Below are positions 1 through 9,600 of a stretch of 43,027 nt of DNA, piece after piece. The notes under the pieces are model-generated. The model was not told the origin of the DNA. It saw only the letters and a list, made by a program, of their open reading frames with translations, and made no database searches. The DNA comes from Candidatus Micrarchaeota archaeon (GTDB lineage Archaea > Micrarchaeota > Micrarchaeia > Burarchaeales > JAKAKT01): NCBI GenBank assembly GCA_043814255.1, contig JBDRKD010000060.1:1-43027 (forward strand), written 5' to 3'. The position numbers and the translations under genes are program-made. The stretch's first letter is position 1; each line of letters begins with the position of its first letter.

Positions 1-474
1 GTCTATCCAATGACGCTCATCCTGGACTCCCAGATATACGCATCAGTCTACAAGATACCCAAGACGGAATACCATAGCAACAAGCTGCCGCTTGATGATT
101 TTGATATGGGCATATGGATGGACCTGTTCATGGGCCCGAACTTCGGCAAATGGTGCAAGCACTGGTACGATTGGCTATGGTTCTGCTGGCTGTTTGCAAT
201 AATCGAATGGATAATCAATTTCATAATAGCTATTTTCAAGGCATTCGCGTTTATGCTTGTAGTCATATCTGCGGTGCTGAGGGTAGGCGTAGCGGAAGTC
301 ACGGCAGAGGGATTCGATTATTACGCGCACCTGATACCATGGGCGATGCAACCCATCACAGCGGCGTTCATGTTCCCGGTGCTTAACCTGATAATAGTGG
401 TGACTGCAATAAGGAGCCTTTCAGAGGCAATGGGGGGAGAGTCAAGGATAACTGGCCTTGCACAGTTCATATGA
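1..474 (+). CDS. Polytopic membrane protein, paralog 0 of the tandem family (5' end outside window)
   Basis: The frame is open from nt 1. The C-terminal region aligns with the downstream paralogs: last TM helix PVLNLIIVVTAIRSLSEAM, then tail GGESRITGLAQFI-stop. Confidence 0.6.
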   Translation, partial: VYPMTLILDSQIYASVYKIPKTEYHSNKLPLDDFDMGIWMDLFMGPNFGKWCKHWYDWLWFCWLFAIIEWIINFIIAIFKAFAFMLVVISAVLRVGVAEVTAEGFDYYAHLIPWAMQPITAAFMFPVLNLIIVVTAIRSLSEAMGGESRITGLAQFI

Positions 475-487
475 GGGTGTGTAGATT

Positions 488-1378
488 ATGGCGATGTATG
501 GATGCAGCATGAATTCGGAATTCTTCGATTGGCTGCCAATAATGTCATTCATGATACTCATAGCGTTGCTCGTCATCTCCCTTGTGTACATGCTTTCCCA
601 GGTATTCAGAAGGCCAGAGTGGTCACTCTGGGCCAAGAGCGAGCTGTGGCACACACTCGCATCCATACTCCTTGTTGGAATCATACTTTCATTCATGGGT
701 GTGGCTTGCCTGGTAGCAGAGAACCTTGCCGGCGGGGACCCATTTTATATAGCTGACAGGTACCTGCACCAGATGATATGGGGAAAGATGGTGCCTGCTG
801 TGGACAACCTTTTCGAGCTCTCATTCAGGGCACAGAAATGGTCTGTCTTTACAATAGGAATCCTTAGCTGCAGTTATGGGGTGTGCTTCCAACCATTCGC
901 CGGTTTCGGAACGCTGAGCTATAATTTCGAGACAATGGCCGCACTAGTCACCCCCTTCGCGGCCAGTCTGCTGTTCCAGAAACTGCTCCTGCAGTTCGTA
1001 AAGGAAATAGCATTCACAATAATCTTCCCAATAGGTTTCATCCTTCGCGTGTTCCCACTCACAAGGGATGCGGGGGCATTCCTGATAGCAGCCGCAATAG
1101 CGTTCTACATAGTGTTCCCATTGACATACGTTTTCAACAATCTTCTCATGCTGGAGGTCCTCCAAGACACGATGCTTGTGGACTGGTGCGATACAGGCAT
1201 GGTTGGCTTTGGAGGCGGGATTTCCGGGCTCGGGTATGCCACATGCCAGGCGCTGAACACGATCGGGCAGATCCTGCCGCAGGCAGTGTTCCTCCCAGCT
1301 CTTAACCTGGTGATAACAATATCGTTTATGCAGACAATCGCGAAGGTGCTTTCGCGGGATTATGAGGAAGACCTATGA
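488..1378 (+). CDS. Polytopic membrane protein, paralog 1
   Basis: ATG at 488 with a GAGGGTG SD-like site upstream. Multiple hydrophobic segments. Family motifs: TM1 ...SLVYML, AKSELW, RVFPLTRDAGAFLIAAAIAFYIVFP, LPALNLVITISF. The long C-terminal tail seen in the other paralogs is absent (ends LSRDYEEDL). Confidence 0.75.
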   Translation: MAMYGCSMNSEFFDWLPIMSFMILIALLVISLVYMLSQVFRRPEWSLWAKSELWHTLASILLVGIILSFMGVACLVAENLAGGDPFYIADRYLHQMIWGKMVPAVDNLFELSFRAQKWSVFTIGILSCSYGVCFQPFAGFGTLSYNFETMAALVTPFAASLLFQKLLLQFVKEIAFTIIFPIGFILRVFPLTRDAGAFLIAAAIAFYIVFPLTYVFNNLLMLEVLQDTMLVDWCDTGMVGFGGGISGLGYATCQALNTIGQILPQAVFLPALNLVITISFMQTIAKVLSRDYEEDL

Positions 1379-2682
1379 GACTGAAATTGCTTGCACTGGC
1401 AGTCCTTCTCCTGCTTTTCGCAGGATGCACAATGAGAAGGCCGGCAGCCGGCACATGTCCAGTTGGCACAGCATGGAATGCAGGTTTCAATTGCTGCGTT
1501 GATGGGGCACTCGTGTGCATGCAGAACAGCACTGCGACAACCCTCATGCTTTGGGAAGATTGGCAACAAATGGCATTCCTGGTCGTGTTGATGGGGTTCC
1601 TCCTAATGGGCCTCATGTACATGGTTGCGTATGCATTCGATTTCAAGGAAGTAATGATATTCGTTAAGAACGAGATGATACAGCTCGCCGTCTCAGCATT
1701 CATTCTCGGAAACGTGTTGTTCTTCGTGTTCCTGCTTGATTCGTTAGCTGAAGAGAACAGCGTATACATTCTGGGAATGCATTCCAATGTGACAGACATC
1801 ACTTCTGACTTAATCAAGAATCCGGATGGCTCATGGACCGTCCAGAACACGCAGAACGCAATAAATGTCTCGGAATACAGGCCGGCCGATGGCAGATGGA
1901 ACATAGTGCAAAAGAATCCAGGGGATACCATCGACTGCCCGTCCCCATGCCACATCTATCTCGCTAGAGGATACCTTGGCATGACGTACGAGAGGATAGC
2001 GGTTATGGCGAGGTCAGTCATAAAATCCTATTCGAGTCTGGTATGGATTGACCGCACCCGGGTTGGGGTGTTCATAAACATCATGGGCGTGGTTGCCCAA
2101 ATTGCAGTTACACTGATGCCGTTCACAGGTTTGTCCATAATATACCATTCGCTCGGAACATGTTTTGATTTCATGGCAAAGGCGATGATTGCCCTCAAGT
2201 TCCAGGAATCGATGCTCATGTATATAGAGAGCGGAATATTCCCGCTGTTCTTAATCGTGGGTATAATTCTCCGGTCCGTGTGGTTCCTGCGGAAGCTGGG
2301 AGGGCTCATGATAGCAATCGCAATAGGGCTTTACACAGTGTTGCCTCTTCTCTATGTGCTCTGCTGGTATACTGTGGACAGCAGCACAGTCACACTCCAA
2401 ATAGATTCTGACATGATCCAGAACGGGGATTTCAGCGTCCCGCTCCTCCCATGGCAATCATCAAACCTGGATGCAGGCGCACTCGAGGACTTCCTTTTCA
2501 CGAAGTATAACGCGGACAATACGGTGGATACGATGGGGTTGCTTGACATCACTTCCAGTTTGATGCTGCCCGCTTTCGCAATCCCGCTGTTAAACATATT
2601 CATAACCATAGCGTTCATAAAAACACTGTCTGCTTCAATAGGTGGAGATATGGAGCTTGCAGGATTGACTAGAATCATATGA
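1375..2682 (+). CDS. Polytopic membrane protein, paralog 2, with lipobox signal and an N-terminal Cys motif
   Basis: ATGA overlap with the upstream stop. N-terminus MRLKLLALAVLLLLFAGC (lipobox-like). CPVGTAWNAGFNCCVDGALVC motif. Family motifs GLMYMV, VKNEMI, LRKLGGLMIAIAIGLYTVLP, IPLLNIFITIAF, tail GGDMELAGLTRII-stop. Confidence 0.8.
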   Translation: MRLKLLALAVLLLLFAGCTMRRPAAGTCPVGTAWNAGFNCCVDGALVCMQNSTATTLMLWEDWQQMAFLVVLMGFLLMGLMYMVAYAFDFKEVMIFVKNEMIQLAVSAFILGNVLFFVFLLDSLAEENSVYILGMHSNVTDITSDLIKNPDGSWTVQNTQNAINVSEYRPADGRWNIVQKNPGDTIDCPSPCHIYLARGYLGMTYERIAVMARSVIKSYSSLVWIDRTRVGVFINIMGVVAQIAVTLMPFTGLSIIYHSLGTCFDFMAKAMIALKFQESMLMYIESGIFPLFLIVGIILRSVWFLRKLGGLMIAIAIGLYTVLPLLYVLCWYTVDSSTVTLQIDSDMIQNGDFSVPLLPWQSSNLDAGALEDFLFTKYNADNTVDTMGLLDITSSLMLPAFAIPLLNIFITIAFIKTLSASIGGDMELAGLTRII

Positions 2683-2693
2683 GGTAAAAGCAT

Positions 2694-3809
2694 ATGGCCA
2701 TAGAAACAGCCCTTATGAGAACGGCTCTCGCAATTATGCTTATGCTCAGCACTGCCTCAGCGGCATGCGAAGGGATGACTTATGGCCCACAGGCTTGGGC
2801 GAATAGCTGGCAGCAGGTTGCGTTCATTGCACTATTGATAGGCTTTTTCATCGTGGGAATGATATATGCGATTGGGATGGGCTTCAGCATGCCCAAACTA
2901 GTCGCTTCTGCAAAAAAGGACCTGATGTATCTTTTATTCATAGCAGTGCTTGCCGGTTCACTAGCAGTCATAGATGACATAATGAACAATACATTCCTCC
3001 CTGCATTCGCAACACAGTCACTCATAGATGCGACTGCGACTAGGCAGAGTGTCACATTCTGCAGCTATGGGGGGATGGCAACATGGGGAGACCTCCAGCA
3101 GCACTCAATAGATTATGTCGAATGCCTGAGGGAGAAGAGCACAACATATTTCGAAGCGCTCATGAACATCAACTTCATACTTGGCTTCGTGTCCTCAATC
3201 ACACTGGTCATAACCCCCCTCGAGCTCATAGGGCTCAGCTTCACCCCTGGTGCCGCCCTGAAGCCGATGATAGATACCCTTGGCTACGGGCTTTATATGC
3301 TCGCCATAAACATAGCGCAACTCAAGACGCAGGAGGTCTTCCTTTGCTTCTCCAGATACTATATGTTCAGAATGGTGCTTCCTGTTGGGATAGCGCTAAG
3401 CGCCCTCCCGATTACGCGTTCAGCAGGAGGGACCCTCATAGCCATAGCAATAGGCTTCTACTTCGTCCTCCCGGTAACATACCTCCTTTCCGAGGAGATA
3501 GTCTACGATTACTGCCTTGCCCATGGGGGCTGCAGTTTCAGCTCATCCTCCCTCGCAATAGCAGCGCAGTTCATGGGCAGTGGACGCGATTTGGTGGAAG
3601 ACATGTTCGAGAGTGGCGGAGCCAGCTCTTCAAGGCTTGTGGATACGTTCTCGCTGGACGGGCCGATGGGGCCAATGATATACGTCATAGGGATAGCGTC
3701 AATGCTGCTTCCCATGGTGTCAATGTTGGTGACACTGATGTTCGTTAAAGCATTCTCAAGAATATTCGGGGCAGAGGCTGATTTCTCTGCAATGATAAAA
3801 ATACTGTGA
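2694..3809 (+). CDS. Polytopic membrane protein, paralog 3
   Basis: ATG at 2694, 8 nt after a GAGGT site at 2681-2685. Motifs GMIYAI, AKKDLM, ALPITRSAGGTLIAIAIGFYFVLP, tail GAEADFSAMIKIL-stop. Confidence 0.8.
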   Translation: MAIETALMRTALAIMLMLSTASAACEGMTYGPQAWANSWQQVAFIALLIGFFIVGMIYAIGMGFSMPKLVASAKKDLMYLLFIAVLAGSLAVIDDIMNNTFLPAFATQSLIDATATRQSVTFCSYGGMATWGDLQQHSIDYVECLREKSTTYFEALMNINFILGFVSSITLVITPLELIGLSFTPGAALKPMIDTLGYGLYMLAINIAQLKTQEVFLCFSRYYMFRMVLPVGIALSALPITRSAGGTLIAIAIGFYFVLPVTYLLSEEIVYDYCLAHGGCSFSSSSLAIAAQFMGSGRDLVEDMFESGGASSSRLVDTFSLDGPMGPMIYVIGIASMLLPMVSMLVTLMFVKAFSRIFGAEADFSAMIKIL

Positions 3810-4804
3810 TGAATATGGGAGACATAATAAATGCATGCGCATCGCCTGAAGACTGGCTTGCCAGCTGGCAGCTTCTCAGCGCAATAGGGCTGATAATGTC
3901 CTGGTTCGTTGTATCCCTGATATATATGATAGGGTCGCTCCTAGATAACATTGGCTTGATGGCAAGGGCAAAGGCAGAGGTCTGGGAAATAATCACAACC
4001 ACAATCATACTTGGGTTAGTCATAGCGCTGGTAACCTCAGCATGCACATTCGAGATCGGTTCCATGGGCGCAGCAGCCACATCCGGCAACATGTTCGATG
4101 TTGCAGAGAACTACCTCCTCTGGCTTAGGAACTATACAATCTCCGTGTTCAAGGACCTGATGACAATGAACAGCCTCATATCCGTACTGCTTTCAGTTAT
4201 GGGTGGGTTCCAGATATATGGCATTGGCATCGTGGGCCAGCCGTTTGCAGGGCTGCAACCCATCATGAACCTGATGAACCTGTTCATGAACGGCATCATG
4301 ATATGCCTCATCATTTCAATTGCCCAGATAACTGTCCTGAAGTTCATACAGGCAGGTGCATTCAACATCCTCCTTCCAATTGGGATAGTCTGCCGTTCCT
4401 TCCCATTCACAAGAAGGTTTGGGGGGTCCATGATAGCTCTCGCCATCGGCCTCTTCATAATATACCCGTTCCTACTTGTCATAAATGATGCAATAATGGG
4501 AACGCCAAGCAACAATCCAACTAACGTACCCACAATAAACTATAGCATAATGGATGCCATCACAGGCAACCTCATGAGCCTTGGCTTCGGGCTTATAACC
4601 GGAGGGGTAGGTTTCCTCTATGCAATAGCGGATATACTTACAACATACTTCGTTCAGAAGCCCGTCACCGCCATAGGGCAGGTTGCACTTGCAGCGTTCA
4701 TACTGCCCGCTCTGAACAGCGTCGTGTTCGTTATGGCGGTGCGTGACCTCTCGAGAATACTCGGACAGGAGGTTGACGTGACAAGCATGAGCAGAATGGT
4801 TTAA
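3809..4804 (+). CDS. Polytopic membrane protein, paralog 4
   Basis: The ORF-track start at 3806 is GTG. The first ATG is at 3809 and shares 1 nt with the upstream TGA (TGATG). Motifs SLIYMI, AKAEVW, SFPFTRRFGGSMIALAIGLFIIYP, LPALNSVVFVMAV, tail GQEVDVTSMSRMV-stop. Confidence 0.8.
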   Translation: MNMGDIINACASPEDWLASWQLLSAIGLIMSWFVVSLIYMIGSLLDNIGLMARAKAEVWEIITTTIILGLVIALVTSACTFEIGSMGAAATSGNMFDVAENYLLWLRNYTISVFKDLMTMNSLISVLLSVMGGFQIYGIGIVGQPFAGLQPIMNLMNLFMNGIMICLIISIAQITVLKFIQAGAFNILLPIGIVCRSFPFTRRFGGSMIALAIGLFIIYPFLLVINDAIMGTPSNNPTNVPTINYSIMDAITGNLMSLGFGLITGGVGFLYAIADILTTYFVQKPVTAIGQVALAAFILPALNSVVFVMAVRDLSRILGQEVDVTSMSRMV

Positions 4805-4820
4805 TGAGCAGAATGGTTTA
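4787..4820. repeat. Exact 17-bp tandem duplication (atgagcagaatggttta x2) across the stop codon of paralog 4
   Basis: Read directly: 4787-4803 is identical to 4804-4820. Copy 1 encodes the last residues MSRMV plus the stop. Copy 2 lies in the spacer and runs into the SD of the next gene. Confidence 0.9.
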
Positions 4821-4829
4821 GGTGAACAC

Positions 4830-5864
4830 ATGGTATGGAACACCACTGCAGCGGACATGGCGCAGAGCCTTGGGAACCCGTCATTCAGCTGGGCGGCATT
4901 CGCCCTAATGGCAGTTCTCATGCACTTCCTGATTCTCTCAATCCTCTACATGATATCCAAGGCATTCAGCATACATGACCTGTATAAGTGGACCAGGAGC
5001 GAGCTTGCCCAGGCAGTGGCGTCAGCAGTATTGATTGGCCTGTTGTTCAGTGTCGTTGCCGGAGAATCATTCGGGATCGCATTCCTCCAGAACCAGACTG
5101 AACTCATGGCGGGCAGCATTCTCATGCCCGGGGCAGCAGGAGCAACATCAATAGAGGTGCGCGCAGACCCATTCATAGCGTCATACGCGTTCCTCAGGAA
5201 CATGCTCGAATGCGTTAAGACCAAATACATGGACGAATTCAGGCACAACAGGCTTAGGGAGATGGCGCTCTCGATAATCATAACAATACAGATATTCGGG
5301 ATTAAGATCCCAATAGAGCTCAGCATGATTCTCATACCCATATACCAGAAGATGGTACTGTCGCATTATATGGCAAACAACTACACTTGGCTCGCGATCG
5401 CACTGTACTTCCAGATTCATTTCCTGAAGTGGGTGGAGACAGCGATGTTCACAGTCTATCTCCCGTTGGGCATAATCCTCCGCATATTCCCATGGACAAG
5501 GGGCGCAGGCGGTCTGCTCATAGCATTGGCAATAGGGCTTTACCTTGTCTACCCCCTGATGTTCATTATAATCATTGCCAGTTCCGGCTCTGCTCCGGAA
5601 GGGTGCCAAGCAGTGCCAATAACAGTGCAGAGGAACCTGTGTACGACGGATCCGTCATCGTTTGTGGACCTGATAGAAGCAGCAAAGGCAGAGTCATCGC
5701 TGCGCACAGGAAGCCTCGGAGGACCTGCATCTTCGATGATAATATTCGGGTTCTTCTATCCGTTCACCATACTGGTGGTGGTCTTTGCGTTCGTTCGTTC
5801 TCTTGCCCCATTCCTCGGTGCGGACATAGCTGAGATGGGCAGAGGTCTATTCAGGATGATTTGA
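4830..5864 (+). CDS. Polytopic membrane protein, paralog 5
   Basis: ATG at 4830 with AGGTGA at 4819-4824. Motifs SILYMI, TRSELA, IFPWTRGAGGLLIALAIGLYLVYP, tail GADIAEMGRGLFRMI-stop. Confidence 0.8.
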   Translation: MVWNTTAADMAQSLGNPSFSWAAFALMAVLMHFLILSILYMISKAFSIHDLYKWTRSELAQAVASAVLIGLLFSVVAGESFGIAFLQNQTELMAGSILMPGAAGATSIEVRADPFIASYAFLRNMLECVKTKYMDEFRHNRLREMALSIIITIQIFGIKIPIELSMILIPIYQKMVLSHYMANNYTWLAIALYFQIHFLKWVETAMFTVYLPLGIILRIFPWTRGAGGLLIALAIGLYLVYPLMFIIIIASSGSAPEGCQAVPITVQRNLCTTDPSSFVDLIEAAKAESSLRTGSLGGPASSMIIFGFFYPFTILVVVFAFVRSLAPFLGADIAEMGRGLFRMI

Positions 5865-6619
5865 TGGACGAGAACAATCTCATTGTGAGGAACAAGCGCG
5901 TGGTTGTGCAGATGGTCCTAGCGGCCATAATGATTCTCACTGGAGTTATATTACTTCAGATGAGCCAAAGAGCGCCAGAGTTTACTGGGCAGGATTTTAC
6001 TACAATTGGGAACACTTCGGAGAACACAAGCGTTTTCAGGCAACCCGAGTTTACAGAGGTAGGGAACTGCACGCCGCTTTTCAATTCATCACGGAGGATG
6101 TCATATGCATATGATATCTCCTCACCATCCCCGGAAGGCACGATAAGCATGCGGATATCATATGATTTCATAGGCCAGGAATCAGTTGATGGGCGTCTTA
6201 TTGACATTATAGAGATAACAGCCAACGGTTCGCATAAGGGCCTCACAATGGACCCCGTGTGGAGGATGTGGCTCGATTCCGAAACAGGCCAATGCATCGA
6301 AGCAGTCCTTAATATGGGGGGGGGTTCCATCTCACCATCCGACGTTCCTGGGGGAAGCAAGTACATGCTCCCGATGGACTGCAAGGAGGCGCAGTTTGGC
6401 ATGCCAGTTGTCGTGTGCGAGGAACAGATGGAGGGCCTCTCACCAGTCGCAACCGAAACAGTTAAAGTACCTGCCGGTGAATTCCAAACAGAGAGGTATG
6501 AAACACCGAATGATGAAACGATGTGGATTGCATACGGGATGCCAATCCCAGTCAAGTTCATGTTCAAATCAATGGGAGATTATGCGGTTTCCGAATTGAT
6601 ATATTACGAGGAGAAATGA
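5864..6619 (+). CDS. N-terminally TM-anchored protein with a ~210-aa extracytoplasmic domain, unknown function
   Basis: The track start at 5861 is TTG. ATG at 5864 overlaps the upstream TGA (TGATG). Single hydrophobic helix VVVQMVLAAIMILTGVILLQM, then a soluble domain with sequons (NTS, NCT, NSS, NGS). Contains a G9 homopolymer at 6316-6324. Confidence 0.75.
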   Translation: MDENNLIVRNKRVVVQMVLAAIMILTGVILLQMSQRAPEFTGQDFTTIGNTSENTSVFRQPEFTEVGNCTPLFNSSRRMSYAYDISSPSPEGTISMRISYDFIGQESVDGRLIDIIEITANGSHKGLTMDPVWRMWLDSETGQCIEAVLNMGGGSISPSDVPGGSKYMLPMDCKEAQFGMPVVVCEEQMEGLSPVATETVKVPAGEFQTERYETPNDETMWIAYGMPIPVKFMFKSMGDYAVSELIYYEEK

Positions 6620-9600
6620 TGAAAAACACCATACCATTGTTGTTCGCGTTCCTGCTCCTGGCAGGCTGCTTCAACATGACTCCGCGCACAGACACCCCTG
6701 ATGAGGTTATCGTCACCATCACATCCACAAAGAACTGCACTGATGCGAATTGCACTTGCCTGGTGGAAGAGAGGAGGGGGAGGTACCAATGGTGGACATG
6801 CGAGGTAGGCTATGGTGTCGGCGGGGCATTCGCAGAGGCCGGAATATACAACAGCACGCAGGGAGACTACTGCGAGGACATCAGGGTTGGCGGTCTTCCA
6901 TCACGGGTATGCCTTTCATACGTGACAGTTGACCCCTGGTACTGGGTGAAGGCGGATTGCACCTGGACGTGCGGGGACAAGTGGTTTGCATCATGCGCCC
7001 CACCATTTGGGGGATGGCATTCTGGGCAATGTGAGCTTAAATGCATTCAATATTGCGGGTGGCCAACTCCATTCGGCTGCGCTGGCAGATGCCATTGCCA
7101 CGGAATTAAAGAGAGTAGGGCGCAGCCATGCCCTCTAATTACAACAGACTTTGACTGCACATGTCTCCGTTACACCGGTAGCGTAGGGGAAGTCCCATGC
7201 ATGGGGACAGGTCCTGCCGGAGTTGGCTGTGAAGTCATAGGCCCGGCGCTCTATATCGATATATTTGGCACTACCGTTCCATTCTGTTGCCGTCTTAACT
7301 GCACAGACATCGTTCCGGCCAGCTACATGTGCCACAACCAGACCAGCGGCTCAGACATGTTCTTCCAGAAATGCAGCATCCATTATGAGGGTTCATTGCA
7401 GGGGGGCAGGTTCCATGTAGTCAACCCATGCAATGCAACTGCGATGCAGAACATCGTGCAGGACCCGTTGAGGGAGATACCCTTCTTCATGATTGGGCAG
7501 GGAGCTACGCTTGATGCATTCCTGAGGGCAAAAGAATACTGCTCGCCACTCCACAAGTATGAATACACCATCGAGCTCGGGGACACTGTTTTCCACCCAC
7601 CTGGGCTGAACATAACCAACACATCAAGAATCTGCTTTGAGAGCGACAATGTCGCCCATGACCTTTTGCTTGATGGCGGGGCTAATGGGTCATTCAACCT
7701 GACCAAGCATATATGCATAGACGACCTCGTAATCAACACGCCTGCCACAGAACGCCACGTGATGTCCCACAGGTTCACCGGAGAGACATGCGATATCGAC
7801 GTAAGCGCAGACGGCCACCTATATGTGGATGAAGGGAATTTCACCCCGCAGTACCTCATCTATCCTGAGGGCACGTCATTGGAGATACATAATACAGGTT
7901 CAACAAACCGCCAGCTCAACATGTGGGACAATCAATGGGGAGTCGGTGCGGCAGTAACAACGAACATCGCAAGCTATAGTTCTGCGTTCCCAATAGTCAC
8001 TGCAATCGGCCCGAACCTCTTCCAGGATGCTGACAGCAACCACAGTGCGATGGTATTCATCCTGAGTAATGAAAAGAACGTGACTGTCAATGGAGGGGGG
8101 ATGAGCCCAGCAGAGATTGCGATAAGGCAGGGGGAACGAGTCTGCTTCACATGCGCAACAGCAGTTGGGCATATACTTTCTATTTATGAGATGGCAAGCC
8201 CATCAGACCTAATATTCTATGAGAACAAGACGCTTGGCGCCAGCGACATCTGCTGCTGGAGGCCGCCGCCAGGCACATACTTCATCAACGACACTACAAT
8301 AAATGCGAACATAATGCTTTACGTAACTGATAAGAAAACAACGTATGCAGTGCAACTCCAAGATTACCACTTCAACCCGCCCGTGCTAGCACTGCCTAAT
8401 GGAACCGCAGTGTGCTTTGAGAACCCATCCGATTTCGCGCGGGATGTAGAAGTCAGGGAATTAGGCCATACAATCCACATCGCCGCTAAAAACGAGAATT
8501 GCACATACATACCTGCACTTGACCTGCAGCATATAGACGACCCATACACAACATCCAACATGTCCATAGTCATTTACAGCAACCTGTCGACATTCGTGAA
8601 CATCTCAGGCATTGGCGCCCAACCCCAATTCATACAAACAAGCCCAGGCGGAAAACTGTGCTTTGCGAACCTGGACAACATACCTCATGATGTGACAAGC
8701 CTCGGCGCAGTGGATGCGTGTCTCCCATGGGGCGGCAACCCACCTGCTCCAGGAACACTGACAATACTGCCAAATGAGATGGACTGTTTCGATATAGTCG
8801 ACCCGGGAGTGTTCTATTTCTACGAATACTCTGAGCGCATGGACCCGCAAACAGGCAACTTCACAATAACCAACACAACAGTCACGGTCACCGCATCCCA
8901 CCCAGGGAACTACACGTTCTTCATACAGAAGGAACCGCCAGTAAACGGTTCTATTCAACCCCCATCCCATTACCTATTGTCCAATGACACGCTGACTTGG
9001 GCCAATTGTAACTCCACACACCCATGGACAATTGTTGCAAACAAGAACCTGTCAGAGGTTCCGATTCCAATGAATGTTCCGGCTTCCAGCATGACTGATT
9101 GGACAGACTTGATTGTCGGTTCATCAGAACTGACCCTTGTCCACGCTGGAGAGATGAATCTCACTGCAAGGATTTTCGTATCCGACAAGGAGTCTTTCTC
9201 TGAAAAGCTGGACTACCTTTACACAGGGCCCGCGACAAAGAATAACGCAAGCATCCACCTGGCAATTCAGTGGCTGGCCGGGGATATTGGCGATTACACA
9301 CTATGGCTGACGAGATTTATACTCGGGGAAAGGGCAATCACTTCATTCCCAACAGGGCTTAGGAACAGGATTCTTGTCACCCTGTATCCTGAGGACACAT
9401 TTGTCGAAACAATACGCATCCCATCAGGGAGCAACATGACATGGATAAACGTGGATGATGAGGCCCATTGGGTCACCACTTTATGGAATGGCATTTCCAG
9501 TTGGATTCAGCCTTATGGAATGATTGGCGACAGGATAGCTGAATTCGATATGCTCGCAGGCATGTACATACTATCAGAACCATCCTCGGGCATCACATAC

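Noticed and set aside
1-5864. Calling the membrane paralogs VirB6/TrbL-like, CedA-like or PilC/FlaJ-like
   Set aside because: I considered this because of the multi-pass topology and clustering. However, no VirB4/VirD4/PilB-type ATPase, pilin or relaxase is in the window, and I cannot point to a diagnostic motif. It is left as a hypothesis to test, not a call.
5956-6567. 203-aa minus-strand ORF
   Set aside because: It is antisense to the coupled gene 5864..6619, which fits the operon structure. It has no SD or TATA context.
6523-6615. N-terminal 31-codon extension of the giant ORF given in the ORF track
   Set aside because: It lies wholly inside the upstream gene in another frame. ATG 6616 has a GAGGAG SD and yields a proper signal peptide.
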